Positions 8,376-18,345 of a stretch of DNA of 64,000 nt are shown piece by piece. How positions within the stretch are numbered: position 1 is the stretch's first letter; each line of letters starts with the position of its first letter. The stretch lies in contig CAVSGO010000007.1 of the NCBI GenBank assembly GCA_963727525.1, positions 1,952,001-2,016,000 of the forward strand. Reading direction: 5' to 3'. The notes below the pieces were generated by a model. That model was not told the DNA's origin, did not search any database, and worked only from the letters and a program-made list of their open reading frames with translations. The translations under genes and the position numbers were made by a program. Origin of the DNA: an uncultured bacterium. GTDB taxonomy: Bacteria > Krumholzibacteriota > Krumholzibacteriia > LZORAL124-64-63.

Positions 8376-11300
8376 GGCTGGCCTCCTCCCGCCGCCGGCG
8401 CGTCGCGCCGCTGTCCGCTCTCATCGCGGCCCGCATGCTCGTGCAGCGACTGGATCTCGCGGAAGTAACGCCGCACCAGGTCGCGGTACGCCGGCGGCGC
8501 CTGCTCCACCGACTGGTACCGGCGCGCCAGCTCGCGCGGATCGCGCGGCAGGTTGGTATCGAGCCCCTCCTGCTGTGCGTACGTCTCCCCCGCGGTGCGG
8601 CTCTCGCGGCGCTTGGCGAAGTCGCGCTCGCGGGCGGCGTTCTGCGCGTCGAGCAAGCGACTGAGAATGCGGTCCTGGCGGCGCAGCGTCTCCTCGGTCA
8701 CGAGGCCGCCGGCCACGTCGTCGCTCACGCGTTCCATCTCGCGCGCCATCTCGTCCATGTCGCCCAGCAGGCGCGAGCCTTCATGCCGTTCCATGCGCTT
8801 CTCGTCCTCGGCCAGCCCGCGAGCCTGGCCGGCGAGACCCTGCTGGCCCTGCTGCAGACGCTGCATCTGCGCCCGCATCTGCTCGCTCAAGCCCTGGTGC
8901 CCCTGGAGCTGCTGCGCCAGACCATTGAGTCCGGCCTGCTCGCGCGCCATGTCCTGGAGCTGCTGGCTGAGTTGTGGCATGGGATTGCTGCCGCCGCCCC
9001 CCGAGCCACCGACCGACTGGGCCTGCGTCAGCAACCCGATCACGATGCGGTTCATCTCGGCCAGACCATCGCGCGAGGAAGACCGCGCCGGCCCGCCGCG
9101 ACCGCCCTCGAGATCGTCGACGCTGCGCCCGAGGGTGGTGAGCAGGTCGTCGAGGTTGTTCAGCAGGCGCATGATCTCCTGCGGCGCCGCCTTGGCCAAC
9201 TTCTGGAGACCGTCGCGCACGCCGATCGTGGCCTGCAGCACCCGGTGTTGATCGCGCGCGAGAGGCTCGATGCGTACGTCGCGCAGCTGCGACGGCAGGC
9301 GCAGGAAGATCGACTCCTGCCGGTCGGACAGGTCGAGCAGGTCGGCGGCCAGTTCGCGCAGCGATGCGGCCTGGTTCTGCTTCATCGCCATCTGCATGGC
9401 CGATTGCGTGCGGAGCATCACGCTGTAAAGCCCCGCCATCTCGCGCATGGCCTCCTGCATGCTCTGCTGCGCGTCCTGCGGCATGTTCTCCTTCATCTGC
9501 TGGCCGGCCTGCTGCATGTTCTCGCCGGTCTGGTCCTGCTTCATCTGCTTCATCGCCTGTTCGAGCGCTTCGCGCATCTGCTCGGCGGCCGGCGACTCCT
9601 TGCCCTGCTTCTGCTGTTCCTTCAGCTCGGCAAGCGCCTTCTCGACGCGATCCTGCAGTTCCTGCATCTCCTTGGCCAGACCTTCCTGGCGCCGCGCGAG
9701 TTCCTGCGGATCGGCCTTCTCGCCACCCGGCTGCTCACCGTGCTTCTGGTCGCCTTGCTTCTGGTCGCCGTCCTTCTGGTCGCCCGACTTCTCATCGCCC
9801 GACTTCTGATCACCCTGCTGGTCGCGCTCCCCGTCGTGGGCCTCGTCCGTCGTCTCACCTTGCCGATCCTGCGGCGACGGGGTGGCGTCGGCCAGCTTCT
9901 GCTGCTCACGCATGAGCTGGGCGAGCATGCTCGTCATGCCCTCGAGATCCTGTTCGCGCGCCATGTCCTTGAGCATGTCCATCGCCGTGTCGAGACGGCG
10001 CATGGCCTGCTCCTGGTTCTGCGCCACCTCGCGCACCGCGCGCGAGACCTCGTCGGGCGAGAGCTGCTGCATGGCGTTGCGCATCTGATCGATGAGCGAC
10101 TGCAACTCGGGGCTCTGCGCCTGCTGCAGCAGCTCGGCGATCTGGTCCATCTTGGCCATCAGTTCGGGCGAGGTGAGCTGGTTCTCGGCGAGCATCTCGA
10201 GGTTCTGCTGCAAACCCTCGGCGATCTTCTTCAGCTCATCCTGCAGGGCCTGCTGCCGATCGAACGCGGCCTTCAGCTCCTGCTGCTTCTCCCAGTCGGG
10301 CACCGGGTTCTTCTGCAGCTCGCGGCGCAGCCGTTCCAGGTCCTGGCCCAGCTCCGCCGTGCGGCGGCGGGCCTCGGCCAGATCGGCGCGCTGGCCGCGG
10401 CTCTCGCTGGCACGATCATCGAGGACCTCGGCCGTCGACGGTACCGTGAGCCGCAGCACCTCCGAGCGCCCGACGCCTGCGGGGCCGGGCACGCGGTTAT
10501 CCCGCGCCTCGAGGCACAGCTCGAGCACGTCACCCGGCACGAGGTCGAGATCGCCGGCCTGCACCCGCAGCGCCCGGCGAATGTCGAGCCGATCGACCGC
10601 GTCGTCGGCGGCGACCGTGGTCACATGCAGGGTGCCGAGCGACGTGCGCAGGTCGCGCGCATTGCCCGCACCATCGCGCTGACCGGGCCGCCACAGCGTG
10701 AGGTGCTCCCAGTCTTCGCCCTGGCCGGTGTCGGCGCGCCGCAGGAGGAGATCGACGGCGCTCAGGCCGTAGTCATCGCCCGCGGCCGCCTTGAGGTCGA
10801 TCGGCGCCGTGAGCGGCAGGGTGCCATCATCATCCGACCGCGCGAGCACCGCGGTGGGCACCTGGTCGGCCAGCACGCTCAGCTCGTACTCCAGGCGGTC
10901 GCGATTGCTGAGACCGCGCACGTCGCGGAGGGTGACATGGAACCGCAGTGGCTCGGAGACGGTGACCGTACCGCTCAGGCTGTCGGCCATCACGGCGAGC
11001 GTCAGCGTGTCGCCCTCGGTGGTGACGGCCGCGGCTGCGGCGAGCGGACCGCTGGCCCGGCCATGCAGATCGATCCGGCTTCCCGCCGGCACCTCGAGGA
11101 ACGCCGGCATGCGGTCGAGATCCTGGTCGGGCAGACGCGTGTAGTCCGGCGGGTGCACGGCGCCGGCGAGCTGACTCAGCAGCGGCGGATACCACACCGC
11201 GAGCACGCGCGACGGCGTCAGGCGCGCGCCGCGGCGGAAGCGGTACTCGACATCCTCGCGGACATCCGCGAGCTGGGCCTCCCAGCGCCGCCAGGGCGCC

Positions 11301-12076
11301 AGCGCGCCGGGCGCTTCCTCGCGCACCGGAAGCGACGGCGTGGCCGTGAGCGGCTGCCAGGTCCCCGAACCGACGCGGATCTCGGCCACTGCGGCATCGT
11401 CACCGCCGCCGAAGTCGAGGGCCGCGATGGGCGTCGACGTGCCCATCACGACGTGGTCGGCCGCGGGCGCCAGGTACAGACCGACAGTGGGCGTGGGTTC
11501 GGCCGCGAGCCACGGCCGCAGCAGCAGGTGCCACCCGCGCTGCCACGCGCTCACGTCGCGATCGACGGCCAACCAGCCGCCGAGCACGACGACCAGTGCC
11601 AGCGCCAGGGCCGCCCCCGGGCGCACCAGGGGCAGGCGGCGCGGTAGGTCGATCGCATCGAGCCGATCGCTCGCACGCACCACCAGGCGTCGCACCAGTT
11701 CCGCCTCGACGGGATCCTCCGCTCGCCAGCGATCGGGCCGGCGCAGAGCCTCCTCGGCAGCCGCCAGGATGTTCGCGAAATCGCCGTGCTGCTCGAGCGC
11801 GGCGCTCAGCGCCCGTACGGTCGACAGCCGACGCAACGGTCGCCAGAGCGCGAGCACGAAGGCCGCCGCCGCGATCGCCACGCACAGCAGCACGAGACCC
11901 CAGCGCAGGGCGCCCGAGGCTCCGGTATACCCCAGCGTCACGGCCGTCGCCGCCAGCGCGCCGCCCCCCACCCCCAGCCAAACCACGAGGCCGTGCACCA
12001 GCGCCCGCGTCCGGGCGCGCCGTCGGAGGCGCTCGAAGCGCCGCGCGAGGATGATGGACGGGGCGGATGCGTTCAC
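8372..12076 (-). CDS. DUF4175-family membrane-anchored coiled-coil protein
   Basis: N-terminal TM helices, PPDYT motif, DDYGL motif, YCLEARDN-like motif (LCLEARDN), long Q/M-rich coiled coil, RQDRILSRLLDA, PPAYRDLVRRYF. Confidence 0.8.
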   Translation of the reverse strand: MNASAPSIILARRFERLRRRARTRALVHGLVVWLGVGGGALAATAVTLGYTGASGALRWGLVLLCVAIAAAAFVLALWRPLRRLSTVRALSAALEQHGDFANILAAAEEALRRPDRWRAEDPVEAELVRRLVVRASDRLDAIDLPRRLPLVRPGAALALALVVVLGGWLAVDRDVSAWQRGWHLLLRPWLAAEPTPTVGLYLAPAADHVVMGTSTPIAALDFGGGDDAAVAEIRVGSGTWQPLTATPSLPVREEAPGALAPWRRWEAQLADVREDVEYRFRRGARLTPSRVLAVWYPPLLSQLAGAVHPPDYTRLPDQDLDRMPAFLEVPAGSRIDLHGRASGPLAAAAAVTTEGDTLTLAVMADSLSGTVTVSEPLRFHVTLRDVRGLSNRDRLEYELSVLADQVPTAVLARSDDDGTLPLTAPIDLKAAAGDDYGLSAVDLLLRRADTGQGEDWEHLTLWRPGQRDGAGNARDLRTSLGTLHVTTVAADDAVDRLDIRRALRVQAGDLDLVPGDVLELCLEARDNRVPGPAGVGRSEVLRLTVPSTAEVLDDRASESRGQRADLAEARRRTAELGQDLERLRRELQKNPVPDWEKQQELKAAFDRQQALQDELKKIAEGLQQNLEMLAENQLTSPELMAKMDQIAELLQQAQSPELQSLIDQMRNAMQQLSPDEVSRAVREVAQNQEQAMRRLDTAMDMLKDMAREQDLEGMTSMLAQLMREQQKLADATPSPQDRQGETTDEAHDGERDQQGDQKSGDEKSGDQKDGDQKQGDQKHGEQPGGEKADPQELARRQEGLAKEMQELQDRVEKALAELKEQQKQGKESPAAEQMREALEQAMKQMKQDQTGENMQQAGQQMKENMPQDAQQSMQEAMREMAGLYSVMLRTQSAMQMAMKQNQAASLRELAADLLDLSDRQESIFLRLPSQLRDVRIEPLARDQHRVLQATIGVRDGLQKLAKAAPQEIMRLLNNLDDLLTTLGRSVDDLEGGRGGPARSSSRDGLAEMNRIVIGLLTQAQSVGGSGGGGSNPMPQLSQQLQDMAREQAGLNGLAQQLQGHQGLSEQMRAQMQRLQQGQQGLAGQARGLAEDEKRMERHEGSRLLGDMDEMAREMERVSDDVAGGLVTEETLRRQDRILSRLLDAQNAARERDFAKRRESRTAGETYAQQEGLDTNLPRDPRELARRYQSVEQAPPAYRDLVRRYFREIQSLHEHAGRDESGQRRDAPAAGGGQP
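9740..9814. repeat. Five tandem 15-bp units encoding GDQKx pentapeptides inside the DUF4175 gene
   Basis: nnnCTTCTGGTCGCC-like units giving GDQKS-GDEKS-GDQKD-GDQKQ-GDQKH. Confidence 0.75.
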
Positions 12077-12098
12077 GTTTCGACCTCGGCGCCCGCGA

Positions 12099-12797
12099 TC
12101 ACGGGCTCGTCAGGGCGTACATCAGGACATTGACGGCCATCCTGGCGGCTTGCTCGCGTACCTGCGGCGGATCGCCGTGGACGTCGGGATCCTCGAGTCC
12201 GTCACCGATGTCGCTGGACCAGGAATAGAAGATGACCAGCCGGCCGTCCTTGCTAACACCGAATCCCTGGGCAGGATCCCCGTCATGTTCGTGGATCTTC
12301 GGTAGCCCCGGCAGATCATAGAACGCGTGATAGATCGGATGGGCACTGCTGAGCGGTTCGAGCTTCAGGTCCGGGTAGAGCTGCGCGACCATCTCCCGGA
12401 AAGACGTGTTCAACCCGTAGTTGTCGTCGGCCCAGAGGAGACCGCCGGCGTCGAGATAGCGGCGCAGCTCGGCCAGCTCCGTGTCGCTCAGCGCGATGCG
12501 CCCGTGGCCTGTGATGTAGATCAGCGGGTAACGGTAGAGGTCCTCGCTGTCCAGGGTGACCACCGCCTCGGTGGACGCCGTGGGCAGGCCCGTGCGCTCG
12601 CGGAAATCGCGCAACCAGTTGGGCATGCTGCTGGGATTGCTGTACCAGTCGCCACCCCCGCTGTAGTGCCAGCGCGCCACGCGTAGCCCCGCGTCGGTGT
12701 CCTCGACCGGTCGTGCCGCGATCGCACCCGCGATCAGCACGCTGGCTGACAGCGCGAGACTCAGGACGATGGTTCGGGATCGGAAGGCTCGTGCCAT
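12099..12797 (-). CDS. DUF4159 domain protein (secreted)
   Basis: From ATG 12797: signal peptide, YSGGGDWYSNPSS, YPLIYITGHG, LRRYLDAGG, DDNYGL, PKIHEHD, DIGDGLED. Confidence 0.88.
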   Translation of the reverse strand: MARAFRSRTIVLSLALSASVLIAGAIAARPVEDTDAGLRVARWHYSGGGDWYSNPSSMPNWLRDFRERTGLPTASTEAVVTLDSEDLYRYPLIYITGHGRIALSDTELAELRRYLDAGGLLWADDNYGLNTSFREMVAQLYPDLKLEPLSSAHPIYHAFYDLPGLPKIHEHDGDPAQGFGVSKDGRLVIFYSWSSDIGDGLEDPDVHGDPPQVREQAARMAVNVLMYALTSP

Positions 12798-15700
12798 GGC
12801 GGCTCCTGCGGTGCGGCGACCTCGGTGGGGGCATCGGCGCGGGCGAGGGTGAGCGTGACCAGCGCTCCCTGCCCGTCCTCGCGGTTGGCCAGTGCGATGC
12901 GTCCGCCCATCTTGTCCAGGAGATTGCGGCAGATAGCCAGGCCGAGACCGGTGCCCTTGCTCTTCGTAGAAAAATAGGGGTCGAACAGTCTTTCGGCCAC
13001 GTCCGGCGCCACGCCCTCGCCGTTGTCCCGCCAGAGGAGCGCCACCGCGTCTGGCCACGTCCGCCAAGACACGTCCAGGACCAGTCCCTCGGGCCCGCCG
13101 GACGCGTCGAGGCTGTTCTGCATGAGGTTGCCCAGCACCTTCAGCAACGACTCCCGGTGCCCCCGCACGAGGGGCAACGTCGCCGGCGCCACGGAGATCG
13201 CCGGACCACCTCCCGCACCGGCCTGTCGGTAGGCACCCAGCGCATCGACGACGAGTGCGCGCAGATCGAGATCGCTGCACTCCAGCTCGCCCGGACGACC
13301 GAGCAGCGAGAACTCCCCCGCGATCGATCGCAGCAATGTGACCTGCTCGAGGATTCGCGCCAACGCATCGTGGGCGATGGCGTCGAGCTGTGGATGGCGG
13401 TCCTGGAACGCCTGCTGCAGGAGCTGCGCCGAGAGCTGGATCGGCGTGAGCGGGTTCTTGATCTCGTGCGCCACCTGGCGCGCCAGCTCCGCATTGAGCG
13501 CCAGCTTCTTCGTCGCCAGGAATTCGCTCAGGTCCTCGCACACCACCAGGGTGTGCGGCTGTACGCCGCCGAGCGCGAGGGGTGCGTGCCGCACGCGCAA
13601 CGTGCGGCGCCCGCCGCCGCTGGAGAGTTCCACCTCGGGCTCGGGCCCCAGATCGTCAATACCCGCGTGGTCATGTCCCTTGCCGCGCAACTCGCGCCGC
13701 AGACACTCGGCCGCGTGCGCCGCCGTGAGATCGGGCAAGCTGCCGTAGAATGCCGTCAGGATGCCCTCGGCCGCCGGATTGAGCGTGACGAGCCGACCTT
13801 CGGCATCCCACACCACCACGCCCACGGGCACGCGCTCCAGCACCGCCGCCAGAAATCGCTCGCGGGCTTCCAGATTTTCGCGGGCGCGGCGCAGCTCGTC
13901 GCGCATGGTGTGGAATCCTCCGGCCAGGCGCCCCACCTCGTCGCGCCCGGGCGCCGGCAAGGGTGCGGCGTAGTCACCGGCCGCCAGGCGCTGCGTGGCG
14001 CGCAGGAGCACGCGCAGCGGTTCGAAGATATTCCATGTGAGCGCCGCGGCGAGAGCCAGAGCCGTCAGCAGCAGCAACGTGGTGAGCCCCGCGAGGAACA
14101 GAGCCGTGCGACGGCGCTGGCCGAGAAACTCGCGGCTGCGGTCGGGAAAGTCCACAGCGAGCACGGCCGGCAGACGGCGCTGGCGCAACGTGCTGTCCGT
14201 TCCCTCCACGAGGTCGGGCAGTGCCAGTCCCCCCGTGAACGCCAGCCCCGCCGACTCGGGGAACACGTACGGGGTGGCGGGATGGCGCAGCAGCCAGCGC
14301 ATGAGACGCGGCGACGCGAGCAGCGGCGCCTCGTTCGCGAAGAGCCGCCCCGGGTGGCTGGCCGCCACGGCCTCGCCGTCGATGCGCAGGGTCAACTCGC
14401 CGCCCACCACGTCGGCCAGCGCCGCCAGCAGGCTCTCGTCAACGCGCTGGCGATAAAAGAACGTGCCGTTGCCCTGGGTCGCATCCCGACCGCTGTCGGG
14501 CATGACCGCGGTGAGATCGATGGGGATGACGGTGCCGAGATAGCGCTCGCCACCCTGTTCGGTGATGACGAGGGTCGTCCGGCGCGCCGCGGCCAGCAGG
14601 GCGCCGGCCTCCTGGTCATCGAGGTCGCTCAGCGTCTCGTCGAGCAGGAGGCTGCCGTCGGGCGCGAAGACCATGCCCTGGCGCGCCGAGTAGGGACCTT
14701 GCGGACGCTCTCCGCCGAGGCGACCGACCAGCATGTCGGCGATGTAGTCGCTCGCGGCCAGCGCGCGTGCCTGTTCGGCGAGCAGGCCGCGTAGTTGCTC
14801 GATGGTGGTGACGAGGCCGTCGCGCGTGCGATCACGCGCATCGCGATCGAGGCGCTCGAAAGTGAGGCGGTCGGCGAGCCAGCCGGCCAGCAGGAGCAGC
14901 ACGATGCCGATGCCGAGATACCCGGCGAGGAACTTGCCCTGGAATCCGCCGGGCCACTGCAGCCGCCGCCGCGCCGCGGCGCGCAGCACCAGGAACGCCA
15001 GGACGAGCAGCACGTCCAGCAATACGAGGCGCGCCCAGTCGAGCAGCACCGCCACGGCACCCGGACGTTGCAGACCGATCAGGAAGCCCTCCCCCGGCGA
15101 CGCCTGCAGGCTCGGCGGCAGCGCGGCCCAGCGGCAGAGCCAGTGCGCGCGATCATAGTCCACGACGCCCCACTCCCGCGCACCACGCTGCAACGCCTCC
15201 AGCACCGGACGCGAGGCCGCGGCGGGAAATCCGCCGAATCCCACGTCGAGCCAGCCGTCGCTGTCGCCACGCAGCAGGAGCAGCGGTCGGTCCACCTCCT
15301 GACGCGGCTGGTACCCCGCGCCAGCGTCGCCCGTGGGCGGCCCCGCACCGAGCGATGCCAGCAGCGTCGAGAGCCGGCGCGATTGCACCGGCAGCTCCAC
15401 GCGCAGCCAACCGCTGCCGTCGTGGCGGGGAATCTCCCCGCGCAATACGTGCTCCTCGCCGGTGGGATAGCGGCGTCGTTCATCCTGCATCAGCACGTGG
15501 CCCCGACCACCGCTCGAATCCGGCAGACTCCCCCAGCCGCTGCGTTCGATCACCTCGTAACCGTAGTCGCGGAGGAAGCCCACGGCGTAGACGCTCTGCT
15601 CCTCGTCATCCGCATCGCGGACCTCCACGAGGCACGGCAGACCGAGATCGCGTACCGCGGACGCGCGCCACAGTCGGTACGCCGCCGCGTTGCGCCAGAT

Positions 15701-17587
15701 CCCCTCGGGCTCCGGCGCCGCGGGCGCATCGGTGCGCGCGCTGGCCGTGCTATCGGCCGCCGCCATCTCGGTGAGCACGTCCTCGAGGAGAAAGGCGATC
15801 CAGTCGCCCTGCGGTTGTACGATCTCGTCGGCCTTGCGCCGCAGCCATTCGCGCTCAGTCACGCCGTAGGCGTCGGCAAGCACGAGGTAGTTCCAGCTCA
15901 CGACGACGAGCAGCGCCACGGCCCCCCACACCAGACGACCGGGCCTGCCCGGCGTCCACCAGCGATACCCGCCCGCTACTACGAGGGCCACCACGAACGC
16001 CGCCACCGCCGCCTCCACGGGAGCGCCGGGCACGAAGGCGAGCCAGAGCACGCCGATCGGGATTCCGGCCACGACGGCATGCAGCACGAGGCGCCGGCGA
16101 GAGCCACCGCGCCGCGCCGGGATCGCGGCCAGCCGGGCGGTCAGCCCCACCACCGTCACGGCCGTGAGGAAGAGCGCGGCGTGCAGCGCCCAGAAGGTCC
16201 AGGAGTCATACGGCACCTGCAAGCCCAGAAGGCGCGCATTGGCGTTGGCCGTGAACTGGTGTGCGAGGGTGCGCAGGAGGAAGAGCCCGGCCGCCGCCAC
16301 CGCGGCGACGCCGACGGCTGCCAGCTCGCCCCGCCAGGGACGGGACGGCGAGGAGTCCCGCGCGGGCGGGTGGCGCAGCACGACGGCGAGCGTCAGCACG
16401 GCGAGCAGGGCGGTCAGCATGGCGTCGGCGCCCGACGCGAACCAACCCTTCGCAAACGTGGTGGCAAAGTACGCCGGATCCACGAGGCTGGCCGGTTCGG
16501 TGGGTAGCGCGGGCAAGCGCTGCCCCGGGAAGGCCGCCGTCCACCAGCGCACGGCGTCGACGGAAGCCCATAGCCACCGTACGACCCAGGCAGCGGCCAG
16601 CAGCCCCAGTCCGCCGCCGAGCGCCCCACCGATGGCCAGAGCCGCCGCCCCCACCAGGAACGCACAGACCAGGATGAGCACGGCGTGGAGCCGATCGGAG
16701 AAGACCGTCCTCGCCGGCACCCGCGCTCGCAGTTGCAGTCGATACGCCTGCGCTCCGCCCTCGCCCAGGTCCACCGTCGTGGTCACAAGCAGTCCGCGGC
16801 GGGCGTCGCCTTGCAGGGGTGCGGCCGCCGGCTGGTCGACGTTCACGACCCGGCGGCTGCGGGCGATCGTGCCGCTGCGCTGGTCCCCCCCGGACATCTC
16901 GTCGACCGGGGCCAGCGCCACCTGCAACTCGAGTCGCCACGCGTCGCCCACGGGCAGCGCCACTCCCTGCCGCCAGAACCAGCGCGACTCATCCCGTACC
17001 ACATCGCGCGCACCAGGCGCCGGCGGCGCGTCGGTGAGGGCCACGCCGCGCCGCCAGCCGACGCGCTCGTCGCCGTGCCACAGCGCCAGCGCGAGGGGAT
17101 AACGCTCGGCTTCCGCCCCGAACCCGGCCCAGCGCCGCGACCAGTCGACGACGGCGCCGAAAGGATCGGCCAGCAATGCACTATCCGCGGGGCAGTCGGC
17201 CTGGAACGCCGCGGCCGCACGGTCGAGCGCTGCGGGCAGGGCCCGCACCGCGGCGGCCTCGTGCGTGAGATGCTGCCGGGCACGTTCCTGCTCGCGCTTG
17301 ATCCAGGTCGCGTCGTCCGGTCGCGGCGCCAGCGACACCACGGCCACGACAATCACGAGCAGCGCCTGGCTCACGAGCGCCGCGCCGGTGGCGGCGCGCC
17401 GCCGGCCGGACCGCCGCAACGCCACGGCGAGCGCCACGACGCACACCGCCGCCAGGACCCCCAGGGCGCCGCCGGCCGTCGGCGGCAGGGCCGCGGGTCC
17501 CCGGCCGGTACGCCACAGCACGCCACCCTGCGCGAACGCGCACAGGGCGGCGACCGTCATCGCGAACCGGGACGGGAGGCGACGCAT
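12761..17587 (-). CDS. Very large multi-TM sensor histidine kinase (HAMP-PAS-HisKA-HATPase, NtrY-like core)
   Basis: H-box ELARQVAHEIKNPLTPIQL, NLMQNS, DNGEG, LFDPYFSTKSKGTGLGLAIC; HAMP (EPLRVL...DEVGRLAGGF); PAS (VPVGVVVWDAEGRLVTLNPAA). Confidence 0.9.
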   Translation of the reverse strand: MRRLPSRFAMTVAALCAFAQGGVLWRTGRGPAALPPTAGGALGVLAAVCVVALAVALRRSGRRRAATGAALVSQALLVIVVAVVSLAPRPDDATWIKREQERARQHLTHEAAAVRALPAALDRAAAAFQADCPADSALLADPFGAVVDWSRRWAGFGAEAERYPLALALWHGDERVGWRRGVALTDAPPAPGARDVVRDESRWFWRQGVALPVGDAWRLELQVALAPVDEMSGGDQRSGTIARSRRVVNVDQPAAAPLQGDARRGLLVTTTVDLGEGGAQAYRLQLRARVPARTVFSDRLHAVLILVCAFLVGAAALAIGGALGGGLGLLAAAWVVRWLWASVDAVRWWTAAFPGQRLPALPTEPASLVDPAYFATTFAKGWFASGADAMLTALLAVLTLAVVLRHPPARDSSPSRPWRGELAAVGVAAVAAAGLFLLRTLAHQFTANANARLLGLQVPYDSWTFWALHAALFLTAVTVVGLTARLAAIPARRGGSRRRLVLHAVVAGIPIGVLWLAFVPGAPVEAAVAAFVVALVVAGGYRWWTPGRPGRLVWGAVALLVVVSWNYLVLADAYGVTEREWLRRKADEIVQPQGDWIAFLLEDVLTEMAAADSTASARTDAPAAPEPEGIWRNAAAYRLWRASAVRDLGLPCLVEVRDADDEEQSVYAVGFLRDYGYEVIERSGWGSLPDSSGGRGHVLMQDERRRYPTGEEHVLRGEIPRHDGSGWLRVELPVQSRRLSTLLASLGAGPPTGDAGAGYQPRQEVDRPLLLLRGDSDGWLDVGFGGFPAAASRPVLEALQRGAREWGVVDYDRAHWLCRWAALPPSLQASPGEGFLIGLQRPGAVAVLLDWARLVLLDVLLVLAFLVLRAAARRRLQWPGGFQGKFLAGYLGIGIVLLLLAGWLADRLTFERLDRDARDRTRDGLVTTIEQLRGLLAEQARALAASDYIADMLVGRLGGERPQGPYSARQGMVFAPDGSLLLDETLSDLDDQEAGALLAAARRTTLVITEQGGERYLGTVIPIDLTAVMPDSGRDATQGNGTFFYRQRVDESLLAALADVVGGELTLRIDGEAVAASHPGRLFANEAPLLASPRLMRWLLRHPATPYVFPESAGLAFTGGLALPDLVEGTDSTLRQRRLPAVLAVDFPDRSREFLGQRRRTALFLAGLTTLLLLTALALAAALTWNIFEPLRVLLRATQRLAAGDYAAPLPAPGRDEVGRLAGGFHTMRDELRRARENLEARERFLAAVLERVPVGVVVWDAEGRLVTLNPAAEGILTAFYGSLPDLTAAHAAECLRRELRGKGHDHAGIDDLGPEPEVELSSGGGRRTLRVRHAPLALGGVQPHTLVVCEDLSEFLATKKLALNAELARQVAHEIKNPLTPIQLSAQLLQQAFQDRHPQLDAIAHDALARILEQVTLLRSIAGEFSLLGRPGELECSDLDLRALVVDALGAYRQAGAGGGPAISVAPATLPLVRGHRESLLKVLGNLMQNSLDASGGPEGLVLDVSWRTWPDAVALLWRDNGEGVAPDVAERLFDPYFSTKSKGTGLGLAICRNLLDKMGGRIALANREDGQGALVTLTLARADAPTEVAAPQEPPWHEPSDPEPSS

Positions 17588-17611
17588 GAACTGGCGTCCT
17601 TTCGGCAGGAA

Positions 17612-18091
17612 TCAGCGCCAGGCCGTGATCTCGCACACCTTCCAACCACCGGTGCCGCGCTCGAGCGTGAAGAGCATACGCTGGCGCTGCGCACCCCCGC
17701 CATCGAGGCTCGTGAAGTGCCAGGATGCCAGGGCGTGCAGGCGCCCGCCCTCGACTTCCTGGTGCTTCTCGAACGCGAACGTCTCCGTCCGACGGTTCTG
17801 GAAGAGGCTCTTGAAGTAGTAGAACGCCTGGCTCGGCGTCAGGACACTCGTGCGGTCGGCGACCGGGCCGAGACTGAGCCGCACGCCATCGGAGCTGACC
17901 AGATCCGCGAGGGCCCGGTGGTCGCTGGTGCGGACCGCATCCTCGATACGGTCGAGCGAGGCTTCCGGATCGCCCGGATCGGCAGGCTCGGCGACCACGA
18001 GGCGTCCGGCCGCGCCACTGCCCATCGCCACGACGCCGAACACGACCGCCAGGGCGGCCAGTTGCCTGATCGTGCGCTGCGTGCAGGGCAT
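17612..18091 (-). CDS. Small secreted protein, DUF4783/NTF2-like
   Basis: Signal peptide, RIEDAVRTSD...VRLSL...TPSQAFYYFKSLF...GWKVCEI; family assignment is by resemblance only. Confidence 0.55.
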   Translation of the reverse strand: MPCTQRTIRQLAALAVVFGVVAMGSGAAGRLVVAEPADPGDPEASLDRIEDAVRTSDHRALADLVSSDGVRLSLGPVADRTSVLTPSQAFYYFKSLFQNRRTETFAFEKHQEVEGGRLHALASWHFTSLDGGGAQRQRMLFTLERGTGGWKVCEITAWR

Positions 18092-18287
18092 TGCGGTCAC
18101 GGACCATCCTCCGGGAGGGCGTAGGCACTGGGAACGGGTGGCGGTCGTCAAGGCAAGGGACGTGCCAGCACGCGCCTACGTTCCCGACCATTGTAGCCTC
18201 TCCGGGGGCTCTTGGCCCGGGTTTCCCGCAGCCAGCCCCTGCCACTGTCCCGAAAAGGCGCCACCGCGGCCCCGGGGGGAGACAGCC

Positions 18288-18313
18288 GCGCCCCCGGCGT
18301 AGGCCGGGGGCGC
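18288..18313 (-). terminator. Hairpin downstream of secF
   Basis: GCGCCCCCGGC-GTAG-GCCGGGGGCGC perfect 11-bp stem; weak U-tract. Confidence 0.55.
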
Positions 18314-18345
18314 AGGGGGGACATCGTCACACCGCCGACGCGGTG

